Assembly: GCA_951406725.2 (NCBI GenBank)
Contig: OX597816.1
Location: 181,288,001-181,352,000 of the forward strand
DNA length: 64,000 nt
Direction: 5' to 3'
Origin: Octopus vulgaris
Lineage: Eukaryota
The translations under genes and the position numbers were made by a program. The notes beneath the pieces were generated by a model. It was not told where the DNA came from. It saw nothing but the letters and a program-made list of their open reading frames with translations, and searched no databases. Below, in pieces: positions 1 to 11,652 of the stretch (its first letter is position 1; the number at the start of each line of letters is the position of its first letter).

Positions 1-328
1 ATCTTATAATCATCTCATAATAATGACTTTTATGACTCTTATCACTACCTCAGTCATTCTAAATGTATATATTTGTCGTTACCTGTCATAAATAGCCTTT
101 TTTTATTTGCAATGTGCATTTTCGTTGATTTTTCATATTTTTACCCTTACATTTCCACGTGTATTTTATATTTTCTTTTTGTAACATATTCTACTTTACG
201 TTTTCTTTTCTCTATGCATTTCTACATATATACACGCAAAATTTTGTAATCATTTGTATATATGTGTGTGAATGTGTGTGTGTGTATGAGTGTGTACGTG
301 TGTATGCACATGTATAGATACACGCGTA

Positions 329-370
<42 letters not shown>

Positions 371-515
371 GAAATGCATAGAGAAAAGAAGACGTAAAGT
401 TCAATCAAAATTTACTGGCAACAGAAGAACGTGTTTTAAAATGTGATGAATGTGTACGTATGTGTGTGGATGCGCTTTCCTGTCTACGTATATACTTATG
501 TATGTTTATGTGCAT

Positions 516-602
516 GTATGGGAGTATGTGTGTGTGTATGGGAATGTATGTGTGTGTGTGTGTATGGGAATGTATGTGTGTGTGTGTGCATGGGAATGTA
601 TA
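516..602. repeat. Compound minisatellite, about 4 copies of GTATGGGAATGTATG(TG)n
   Basis: The motif atggga(a)tgtatg recurs, separated by variable TG runs. Confidence 0.8.
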
Positions 603-654
603 TGTGTCTGTAAATGTGTGTGGATTGAATTTCTTTCACTGGTTTATCTGTAGC

Positions 655-860
655 ACGGAACAGCTTGCTCGTGAAATTAACGTGCAGGTGGCTGAGCACT
701 TCACTGACACCTGTACCCTTAACGTAGTTCTCGGGGAGATTCAGCGAGACACAGTGTGTGACAAGGCTGGCCCTTTGTGATACAGATACTACTCATTTTT
801 GACAGCTGAGTGGATAGGAGCAACATTAAATAAAGTGACTTGCTCAGAGACAGCACGCCC
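655..860 (-). mobile_element. Old SINE fragment (family C; V/Deu/Nin-type central domain)
   Basis: Reverse complement reads ...tctctgagcaagtcactttatttaatgttgctcctatccactcagctgtcaaaaatgagta, resembling the CCTTGAGCAAGACACTT core of metazoan SINE superfamilies. Family name is from recall. Confidence 0.55.
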
Positions 861-1330
861 TCATATGTTATTTTACTTCTTGAGATTCTTCTATTTATGA
901 AAAACCAAAAGTCAAACTTGAACTTCAAATATTCTTAATACACAAGTTAGTATAACAAAGAAAGAAAGAGCGAGAGGAAAAGAGGGGGAAAAAGAGAAGG
1001 ATAGGAGGGGATAAAGTAATATATATTGTAGTGTGATGGAGGAAAAGGACAACAGAAAGAAGAAGCAAACGGGAGAAAGAAATACAAAAGGGCCTTACCT
1101 GTTGACCTCGGCGAAATCAGCGGTCACTCTCACGAATTAAACACGTCTTGTCTCTGCGCCGTCTTTGCTCGAACTGCCCACACGTGCTTCCTGACCACAC
1201 GTGCTTCCTGCCCACACGTACCCCTTTCACTCTTCCGCCGGCACCTGCAAGCCTTACTTCCGTCTACCTCATCTGCAATCCCCTACACCAACACCACATA
1301 GCTCCATCACAGCCCATAACACTACTAACA

Positions 1331-1443
<113 letters not shown>

Positions 1444-1739
1444 TATGGCTTGTGATCGTTGTTCATCTTCACAATATGGCAAAATCTGTGTCTGAGTACG
1501 CATGTTGGTTTAAGTGTTGAATCTATGAAATGATTTACTCTATATTTGAGCACAGCTTGGAACACCGGTCAGATATTGAAGTCTGAAACGTCGCTATATT
1601 TTGTTTAGATGGAAACCACGCTAAGTCAACATTAGTAACAATATAAATAGAGAAAGGGGGTTTATATGTATGAAGTGTGCACTAAACTTGTAATATTCAT
1701 TCCATCTAACTGTAACTGAATGGAGTAACGTACACCTTA

Positions 1740-2304
1740 AAGAGATATACGGGATTTATTCATAGAATATACTTAATATTGATTCCTAACTGTAGGGGAT
1801 ATAAATATTAACACATAATAGGAAGATGGAAGAAATAAAATACAAATTTATTAGCAAATGGGAAAAAGTATTCAGTTTGCAAAATAATAATGGAGCCGGC
1901 GGATAATAACGAAGAAACGGAACTGATAGATTCTACTAACCGAGTGACAAAACAACCACGGAAAACAATAAGTTGTTATACCAGATCGATAGCAATAATT
2001 AATTTGGCGAAGCCATAAAGAGTAGATAATAAATGCTAAAGACGACATTATGTTACAAATTAAAGAAATTTTCATCAGATAGGATAATATAATATTAGAT
2101 GAGATAATTAATGATGAAGGCAATGAAATAATTACATTAATACATTAATATTCTGGTGCAGACGCTGGTATTGTAAAGGAATAGTAAACAAGGTTAAGCC
2201 TAAAAGAAAAAAGGAAAGGATCAGCGGGGAAAGTTAAAATACACAAAGGAATAATTGAAACTTCTGAAAGGTATATTTTAGAATATCAATTTGGAAATAA
2301 GCAT

Positions 2305-2305
<1 letters not shown>
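1740..2305 (+). pseudogene. Possible highly decayed LINE AP-endonuclease remnant
   Basis: Interrupted translation gives LTVGDINI (GDFN-like) and IIMEPADNNEETELIDSTN (similar to the EPTR..LDL..TN block). Many stops. Confidence 0.3.
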
Positions 2306-2380
<75 letters not shown>

Positions 2381-2449
2381 TAAATAAATGAAAGGAAGTA
2401 ACAACACGCATCGTGTATTAGAGTTGCATTTATTGAGTAACAGGTTGAT

Positions 2450-2539
<90 letters not shown>

Positions 2540-2655
2540 CCAAAATAATTCAAAAATAGTATTCTCGAAAAAAATAGATTCCAAAATTTAAAAACGCAAT
2601 AAATTCCAAAATTCAAAAAAATGGCGGTAACTTAGTTGCCAACGCAATATATATA

Positions 2656-3937
2656 CGAGGGGCGTTCAATAAGTAATGCCCCTGACCCACTTCCCATAGA
2701 AGTAGAGCAACGAAACTTGGCACAGGTATTAGTCTTTTTCTACATAGGAACAACCCAGAGGTACGCATTTCTCCCATTGTTTGATGCAGTTCTGGAGACC
2801 GCTTTCGTAGAAGATCCCAGCATGGTCCTCCAACCACGACGTGACTTCAGAAATCAAGGCTGCATCATCTGGGAAACGCTTTCCTTTCAAAAACAACTTC
2901 ATGGCTGGGAAGAGGTGAAAATCAGAGGGTGCAAGGTCAGGAGAGTAGGGGGATGGGGGAAGAGTTCATAGCCGCACGCCTGTGCTTCTGATCTGGCGAC
3001 ACGCGAGTTGTGGACCGGAGCGTTGTCCTGCAGGAGGAGGATGCCTTTGCTGATCTTGCCCCGCCTCTTGGTTTCGATAGCTTCTCTTAATTTCCTCAAA
3101 AGTGAAACATGATAGGCTCCTGTAATTGTGGTACCCTTTGCCAGGAAATCTGTCATCACTACTCCGTCCTGGTCCCAGAAGACTGTAAGCATGACCTTGC
3201 CAGCGGAGGGCTGCACCCTTGCCTTCTTTGGAGGAGGTGAATCATGGTGCTTCCACTGCATTGACTGGGCTTTGGTCTCTGAATCATCGTGATGGACCCA
3301 GGTCTCATCCTGTGTAATCAGTCTTTTGACTCATCTTCTTGGCACATCCCTAAATTCTTGCTTCTGGAATTCTTGCGTTCTTGCTTCTGGAAAGGTGTGA
3401 GCAACCTGGAAATCCATCTGGAAGACACCTTTTGCATATGCAAATGGTCATGAATGATAGTTTCCACAGACCCGGTACTAATCTTGACCTCATGGGCTAT
3501 TTGGCGAATAGTTATGCGTCGATCTTCCAAAATGGCAGCATCAACTTGACGGACAGATGCCTCATCAATGGCAGAAGGGGTGCGACCAGATCTGGGAGCT
3601 GTTTCCACAGAGTTCCGACCATGTTTGAATTCACGATGCCAGCGTTTTACAAGGTCATATGATGGGGCATCATCACCATAAGTTACTTTCATTTCATTAA
3701 AAGTCTCCTGTGGTGTGCGTCATTTCAAATACAAAAACCGGATCACTGCTCGACACTCAACATGCTCCATTTCACACTTGACTCGGTTCAAACACCTGTA
3801 AATCAGAAACCACAATTAGTTCGGAGCTGTAATTTGCCACTTAATCTATAGAGATATAAATGATTACACATGCAAACTTTCAGCTAGATCAAACAAAGGC
3901 AAGTGGGTCAGAGGCATTACTTATTGAACGCCCCTCG
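2656..3937 (-). mobile_element. Full-length mariner (DD34D) transposon, frameshifted; copy 1
   Basis: About 37-bp TIRs (cgaggggcgttcaataagtaatgcc(c/t)ctgacccactt) with one mismatch; TA at 2654-2655 and 3938-3939; transposase motifs WHREF..G, QDETW, LLQDNAPVH, YSPDLAPSDF. Confidence 0.97.
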
Positions 3938-4000
3938 TATATATACGTTTATGAATTTTGCTTTACAAGATTCCTGTTGTGAAATTGTGTGTTGAAACGG

Positions 4001-4325
4001 ATATTGTTATATTTCAGGAAGGTCAGTTTTTTTCTTGCCAAATAATCAGAGGCACTATATATTCGTTCTTCACTTGTTTATAATTCTTCATATTTTATCT
4101 TATGTCCATTGTCTGGAAATCTTTCGACAGAATGGACTAAATAGAACAGGATGGAACATGTAAATGGAAAGGGTCGCTGAAGAGGTCACAGATGTGTGAT
4201 GAAATATTTGCAGACAATGAACATGAGATAAAATAAGAAGAGTAATAAACGAATGGAGAATGAATATATAGTGAGTGTGTTTATTTGGCAAAACAAATGA
4301 CAATCCCGAAATATAACAACATATA
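4001..4325. repeat. Diverged inverted repeat (arms 4001-4125 and 4201-4325) with a degenerate HHR-like core
   Basis: The arms align as reverse complements. CTGAAGA at 4177-4183, stem gtcaca/tgtgat, GAAA at 4201-4204, then palindromic aaatattt. Confidence 0.65.
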
Positions 4326-4326
4326 T

Positions 4327-5350
4327 AACGAAATGTTAGCGCTTTGCAGTGCTTAGGCGTAAGCAAAATTTAGGTTTGTTGAAATATGTTTATCACATAT
4401 TTCAACTGCTAAAAGACAAAAGTACTGCAGTTGCCGTGGAGAATATATATCTCTTATGGTAGAAAGGTATGAAAACACCTGGTTCGTTCAGTGTTGCCAT
4501 CTATTAGGAATCCCAAACGTCGATGCTTCAAGCTTCTTAGCCCTTGTCAATGAGATGTATTTAAGAGAGACAACTCTGAACGAACTTATAAAGCAATAGC
4601 TTTACGTATAATTCAGTCAAGAACGTTAAATGATTTGCGCTATTAGATCGCCCGATTGAGGAAGAAAACGAAACGTTACCGCTGAGCACTGTTTAGGCTC
4701 AAGCAAAATTTAGGTTAGTTCAAATACGTTTGTGACATATTTCAACTGCTAATACACTGCAGTTACCATGAAGACTATATCTCTCTTATGGTAAAAAGGC
4801 GTGAAAAATGTGTGACAAGAGCCAAGAAGTTTGAAGCATCGATGTCTGGGATTCCTAATAGATGGCGACACTGAACGAAACGGGTGTTTTCACACCTTTT
4901 TACCATAAGAAAGATATATTCTCCTCGCTACCAGCTGTGCATTTGCCTTTTAGTAGTTGAAATATGTCGCAAACATATTTCAGCTAACCTAAATTTTGCT
5001 TACGCCTAAACACTGCTTAGAGGTAACATTTCGTTATTTTCCTCGATCGGGCGGTCTACTAGCAAAATTCAACGTCGTTGATTGAATTATACTAAAGCTA
5101 TTGCTTTAGTTCGTTCAGTGGTGCTGGAGTTCGTTCAAAGTTGCCTCCCTTAGGTACATCTCATTGACAAGAGCCAAGAGGCTTGAAACATCGATGTCTG
5201 GGATTCCTAATAGATGGCAACACTGAACGAACCGGTTGTTTTCAGACTTTTTTATCATAAGACAGATATATTCCCCACGGTAACTACAGTGTATTCGCCT
5301 CTTAACAGTTGAAATATGTGACAAACATATTTCAACTAACCTAAATTTTG
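4327..5350. repeat. About 340-350 bp satellite-like tandem array with a central inversion
   Basis: aagcaaaatttagg at 4361 and 4701 (period 340); reverse-complement units from about 4814 to 5350; each unit carries a gttgaaatatgt/acatatttcaac hairpin. Confidence 0.9.
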
Positions 5351-5387
5351 ATAACAATATATATGTATATATATGTGTGTGTGTGTG

Positions 5388-5475
<88 letters not shown>

Positions 5476-5553
5476 TATGACTATGTATTTCCAAAATAAA
5501 TGGAAATCTATCAAAATACATAAATATTCATAGAAGGTGGAGGTTGAAAGCAG

Positions 5554-5614
<61 letters not shown>

Positions 5615-5689
5615 TGTGTGTTTGTGCGTGTGTGTGTGTCCTGAAGTTTTGCTTATGTATTTTTCTACACTTTCTTAATCATTCCTAGT

Positions 5690-5965
5690 ACACCTATCAT
5701 TACAGAGATCGTTTGTTTTCAGCCACCACCTTCTTCTATGAATATTTATGTCTTTTGATAGATCTCCATTTATTTTGGAAATACATAATCATCTGTTTGA
5801 ACTAATACTTCGAGCAGGGACACTTCTTTTTCTGATTGCTATTAGCAACAATATCCTGTTGTTTAATTTGGATTTCCTTATCTGAATGAATTGCCATACC
5901 CCATGGCAGGGTCGTTTATCATCCTCTGAAATCTTTCCTGGTGCTTATTTATACCATCTCTTTTC
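5690..5965 (-). mobile_element. Decayed R4/Dong-like LINE 3' fragment (REL endonuclease region)
   Basis: Frameshifted translation TLPWGMAIHSDKEIQIKQQDIV resembles ILWD.PIHTD..I..N.PDIV. Confidence 0.55.
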
Positions 5966-6199
5966 TATATATCATTATTGGGTGTAAGTCTATTGAATGT
6001 GTGCTTGCGGGAGCGCACGTGTGTGCTTGTATGTGAATGTCACTCATACCCTAAGGTTACATACATTCTACTTTACGGGATTCTTTCTGCCGCTGTAAAT
6101 TAGTATAGATTACTTGTAAGGCTTTCTTTTCCTTTCTTTATTGATAGCGCTTTACGCAGAACATGACCACATTTGGATTACGACTCTTAAATGTCTTCC

Positions 6200-6790
6200 A
6201 AGCAATATTATGATTTTATTTTTATTCTACACCAAGCTACACAATTCCTAGTGCATGACTGAGACCTCTTGTACCCATATTCAACATTCTCACCATTTCA
6301 ATGACCAGGTCTTTGTATTTGGAGAGACAGTCAATCTTTTTTACCGAGATATTATAGTCATTTAGGAAGGACATGTCAATTATTTCACAAGCCTTGAGTT
6401 TCTTGTCTTTTATTCCCGGTTGGCTCATTCTTATTTTCATGTCTAAACCTGCTTGCATATACCATTGAATCGCATCGTTTTCATTGTCTATTACAGTATA
6501 TGGAGCATTTTTATAATATTTTTCTGTAATTTAGGTACGAATATCCTTGCATATCAAGCGTGTAGCAACCGCATAATATCTCCTAGTGTATTCTGACGCC
6601 ACCTGTGCGATGCACGAAGCTACTTTATAGTTGGTAGGCTCATCAAACCTTCTCAACATGCGGCAGTGAGGCTTCGTGTTATACTTCAGATTATAATTCC
6701 GCTTTCAGCTGGGAAATTTGGAGCCTGATATAGCGTCAAATGTGTGCCTTGTAATTCTTTACATTCTGAATCCAACTTCCATCATTCCCG
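6200..6790 (-). mobile_element. Decayed R4/Dong-like LINE 3' fragment
   Basis: ORF 6237-6458 contains IIDMSF..D.N...KKIDCLSKYKDL..E..RM..ALGIV; upstream remnant PHCRM..SEYTRRY of the zinc-knuckle region. Confidence 0.7.
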
Positions 6791-6794
6791 AGCC

Positions 6795-7268
6795 AAGTAC
6801 TAGTAAGTAGTGGTGTCAATATGATCGCCTATTCTCTTCCTCCAAATTTCAGGCTTAGTACCATGTTAGAAGCAATCATTAAAGGCAGTGAGCTAACAGA
6901 ATTGTTAGTACGCCGGGTAAAATGCTTAGCGGCAGTTCTTCCGGTTTTACGTACTAAGCTCAAAATCCACCGAGGTCGATTTTGTCTTTCATCTTTTCAA
7001 GATCGATAAAATTAGTAATCGAACTCTGGGTTCAATCTAACCGTCTAACCCCTCCCTTCACGGAAATATAAGACGGCGAGATGGCAGGATCGTTAGCACA
7101 CCGGACAAAATGCTTAGTGGGATTTCGTCTGTCATTATGTTCTGGTCGACTTTGCCTTCATCCTTCGGGGTCAATAAAATAATAACCAGTTGAATACTGG
7201 GGTCGATGTAATTGATTAGTCGCTTACCCCAAAGTTTCAGGCCTTGTGCCAATACAAGAAAGGATTGT
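6795..7268 (+). mobile_element. Tandem cluster of 2-3 tRNA-type SINE family A copies
   Basis: aaggcggcgagctggcaga-type heads at 6882 and 7070, core gtcgactttgcctttcatcctttcggggtcgataaa. Confidence 0.85.
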
Positions 7269-7289
7269 TAGTATTATGTTAATGAATGC

Positions 7290-8178
7290 TAATTTAATTA
7301 GCAGGTATTTTATCTTGAGGTTTAGTGACATGTATCCTTAATCTTAGGATTCTTGTAGAATATAGAATAATACTTTTCTGCAGGCCGACAATACGAGTTT
7401 CAGTTCCAACCTCTTTCAGTCTTTTAGGTAGCATTTTGGGTGTGGTACCAAGTGCACCAATTACTACAGAAATAATTGTTATTTTGATCTTCCAGTCTCC
7501 CCAGCTCTCTGGGTAGATCCTGATATTTCTCACCTTTTCAGTTTCTTTAGTATCGATGGTGTCATCAAAAGGAATTTCAAAATATATGATCTTACACTAC
7601 TTGTTTATTTTGCTCTCTATGGTCATATCAGGTCTTCTTGCGTCGTCAATATTATAGTCAGTCCTTATAGGGAAATCCCACAAGATCATATAATTCTCAT
7701 TTTCTATCACAGCCCCTGGTCCGTGTTCATACCACTTTTCTGCTGTTCTGAGACCACGCACTTGGTTGGCTAACATCCCAATGCACTCTTTTACTTGCAC
7801 AATCAGGTCTGTGCTTATACTCCTTTTGTGCTAGTACACTGCACTCACTCAAGAGGTGATTGATATTTCATCACCTTTGTACATTTTCTGTCAGACTAGG
7901 TTTTGTCGATCTTTGCCTTTATCAGATTTGTTCTAAGGTCTTTAGCGTTTAGTTCTCTCGTTTCAAGTTCCTGTCCATCAACCACAGCCAGCGCTCTTCC
8001 AACATTCTCGGTTTGTTGCATGAAGTGGCTATGAAGTTCCATTTCTTTCCATCTGTTTGCTCTTTTGTCCTTTTTCTCTTTGACTTCTACTTTTTCGATC
8101 ACTTTCTGGGTATCTCTGGCTGCCGATAGTATTCTTTCTTTACTCTGCACAACATAATTTTTCAGACGCACTATCGCA
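7290..8178 (-). mobile_element. 5'-truncated R4/Dong-like non-LTR retrotransposon
   Basis: HLLSECSVLAQKEYK, ILWDFPIRTD..RRPD, VVIGALG..GLQK..YSTRILR. Abuts (TTA)n(GTA)n at 8182-8277. Confidence 0.88.
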
Positions 8179-8185
8179 TTGTTAC

Positions 8186-8277
<92 letters not shown>

Positions 8278-8283
8278 TCATTT

Positions 8284-8500
8284 AAGACGGCGAACTGGCA
8301 GAGTCGTTAGTACACCGAGCAAAATGCTTAACGGAATTTCGCCCGTCTACACGTTCTAAGTTCAAATTCCGCCGAGGTCGACTTTGCCTTTTATCCTTTC
8401 GGGGTGGATAAATTGAATACCAGTGAAACACTGGGGTCAATGTAATCAACTATCCCCCTTCCGCAAAATGTCAAGCCTTCTGCCTTTGGTAGAAAGGATT
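8284..8500 (+). mobile_element. SINE family A
   Basis: Full head, B-box-like gttcaaattcc, shared core and tail. Confidence 0.88.
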
Positions 8501-8978
8501 ATTATTGCTGCTGTTTGTCTATCGACACGTGTTGCACATCGCGCTTATAACTTTGTTGCTGTTCATATTGTTACACATTGTAAATCTGTTATCGTTACCT
8601 GATAAACTAACCAGGACCGTGGGGAGCTGGTTCTCCATGTGTAGCCCTTAGGGGCCATTGTGGTGCTTGTTTGAGCTAAGATGCCCCTCAGTTTTTGCAA
8701 AAATGAAAAAAAAGATGGCAAACGAGAATTGTCCATCCGCTGAAAGGAACAGCCGGTCATCTAGAAAAGAGGACAGCCAAGTCGTAAAAGACAGTGACTG
8801 CTCTAGCAACAGCAACAAGAACGATAACACACGTGAGGCTTATGAAAGAAATTCTACTTTGCTTTTACCGCCACTTCACTATCAAAGGAAAAAAGAAATC
8901 AACAACAAAAAGCAACAACTCAAGCGAGAATACTGCCACTGCCTTAGGAATGAGAACCCAGGTTCGGAATTTCTCCAA

Positions 8979-9027
8979 AACACCTGTTGAAGGCTGGAGG
9001 AGGGTATATCAGCCGAAACGTTGTGTT
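8979..9027 (+). ncRNA. Minimal type I hammerhead motif with a core mutation (CTGTTGA), in a PLE-tail-like repeat (about 8940-9105)
   Basis: Stem I aacac/gtgtt, CTG(T)TGA at 8984-8990, stem II ggctg/cagcc, GAAA at 9015-9018, palindromic aacgtt. Confidence 0.75.
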
Positions 9028-9257
9028 AACAACAAACAAGATGAGGACAAATATCCGTTAAATGTAAATAATGTAAATAATTCCTCATCTCTTAACTATA
9101 GAACTGAAAAGGAAAAGTAACGAAGTGACACCGATATCAGCACGAAAAACGCGCAAAGATTGACCAGAAACGGGAGACAGCATCGAAAGCAAATTCTTAA
9201 ATACCTTCCCCAACATCAGCTACAGCAGCACCGTCAACAACATCATCCCCATTACTA

Positions 9258-9487
9258 CCTATTTCTTTACTACCCACAAGGGGCTAAACACAGAGAGGAC
9301 AAACAAGAACAGACAAACGGATTGAGTGGATTACATCGACCCCAGTGCGTCACTGGTACTTATTTAATCGACCCCGAAAGGATGAAAGGCAAAGTCGACC
9401 ACGGCGGAATTTGAACTCAGAACGTAGCGGTAGACGAAATACCGCTAAGCATTTCGTCCAGCGCGCTAACGATTCTGCCAACTCGCG
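9258..9487 (-). mobile_element. SINE family A (long-tail subfamily)
   Basis: Reverse complement of the same head and core, with a cccttgtgggtagtaaagaaatagg tail. Confidence 0.9.
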
Positions 9488-9499
9488 CTAACGTTTCTA

Positions 9500-11634
9500 C
9501 CACCACACCACAACTATCACAGACACCACCATCACAAGTACAACCCAATTCATATGCACAACTTTCAGATTACATATCTCACAGCAGAAAAAAATCAAAC
9601 ATTTTGAACTGCACAGCAATAGGCACCAACAATAAAAAATGTAATGGATCCCAAGTATAACCAAACAGGCATCACACACACCGACTTTATCACACCAAGA
9701 AACAACATACAAACACATATTAAAGTCATACAAACATTACAACACACATACAACACCATCAAAACAAAAAATCCCAAAGTAGTGGGAGCTTTCCAGAGAG
9801 ACATAAATAAAAGACTATATGAAGAATTGGTCGTGGAAGTATCAACACATACCTTGCAATGGAACATGCATCCCCTCCTCATCGACTAAATTACTACAAG
9901 TAGCCTTCTTTCCCGCTTCTATACCTTGATCTATAGGCAATATAAATGCACGTAGCCTGGAGTCCCCTTTGTAACAAGGTCATCTACTCAACGACCTTGG
10001 GTCACTAAGTGTCAATGTAGTGGCCATCAGTGAAACCAGACTCCCCGACCGACAAGCTTTCATGCCCATTTTCGGTAGGTACAAGATATATTTATCTCAA
10101 ACCTAGACTGGGAGGTGGAACGGCAGTGTTGTTCCGGAGAGGCCTGAATCTCAAGATAAGGACTATCTTCCTGGACCCAGAAGGTAAGTTGGTGAGATAG
10201 GGTGGGTAAGGAACCTCGCATTGGTGGAGCTCTGGTTAATTTGGATCGATCTAAAGCTTTCGATAAGGTCGACCATCAATACTTGGCAGTCGTTTTCACG
10301 GCAGCCTGTTTCGATCCCGTTTTCCAAGGCTGGATCGCTGCAATGTACATTGACATTTGCTCGGTAGTTCGGGTGAATGGTTACCATTCAATATCATGCA
10401 TTCAGTCCGTTAAGAGTGTCCCCTCTCGTCTCTTCTGTATGTACTGGCTCTGGAACCATTACTGCAGGAAATGGAGGCGTTGAGAGGCGTCCCACGCGAA
10501 CTAGGACGTGGGAAAACCGTGTCGTCATACGCAGATGACGTCACCGTCATAGTGGCGAGCAGCAGGCACGTAGGCCTGGTCGGAGTTACTCGAAAATAAT
10601 ATGAGGCGGTAACGGAAGCAAAAATTAACCGAGAAAAGTCAGTGGGCCTGCAGCTCGGCACCTGGAGAAGCAGGTCTATGCCGTCCAATAGCGTTGTGGG
10701 GTACTGGACGGAGAGACCGGTTAAATTGTTCGGGATCTGGTTTGGTCCAGGTCTCCAGGTGGAGAAGAACTGGGATGAGGTGATGAGCAGGGTGGCCAAT
10801 CTCACCCAGAAATTGGCCGAGAGAACGCTATCCCTGAAAGGTCGGGCAGAGAAGGCGAATGCATACATCGCCTCTGTCATATATTATATCCTGACTGGAG
10901 CGAATACTCTTCCGCTTTCTGTGGAAAGGGCGCGTTTCACTGGTCAGTCGTTCCATTTGCTGTCAACACCCACTGAATGGAGCGATGGATATGCTGTGGT
11001 TGCTGGTGTACAGACGGTGAATTGGTGTGATCGCGATTTTCCGCAGCTCGTATCTTTGTCTGAGTTGCAATCGTGAATTAATTGTAGACCGAGGAATGAC
11101 GTCTGGCACCGAGAGTATCGTCAAGCGCTCACATCCCCTGTCAGAACACCTGTTGTCGCGTGTAAAACGAATCCGGTTATCAGCTGAGTCATTCATGAAG
11201 ATCGCCCCGCCGCCGCCATTCTTTGGCACGCAGTGTTTCTTTGTACGCTGGCTTTAACGAAAGAGGTTGTGCGGTAGGCCAGGTTGAAAGGGCTGAAGAC
11301 AGACATTTTCCTCTTTGACCAAACCTTCATCAACTTTTACAAGTTTCACTTGAAATGGGAAATAAGGGTAGAGAGGGAAGTGGTGCCTCCTCGAAGTTTT
11401 GTTAAAATGTGGGTGAATGTAACGCGAATGGCCCGAGTATACTCTAAGTATACACCTCTAGATCGAGAGTAGATGAAGTGGAGAGGTCAGCGTGATCATA
11501 GTTTTGGGGATTTATTTGTTATAATTTTTATTGTTATTACCTTTCTACACGATTAAATTCCCCACTTTTGTGTTGTGTCGTCCTGTGCTGTCCCCAATCT
11601 TTTATATAAACCCTCAGGGGTGAAAAAAGAAAAG
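9500..11634 (+). mobile_element. Internally deleted Tx1/L1-clade LINE (possible ORF1 remnant, APE, RT)
   Basis: IGNINARSL..VVAISETRL (APE) at about 9933-10045; LDRSKAFDKVDH and SYADDVTV (RT); RTLSLKGR; A-rich 3' end running into (ATT)n. The ORF1 assignment of 9500-9890 is weak. Confidence 0.85.
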
Positions 11635-11652
11635 ATTATTATTATTATTATT

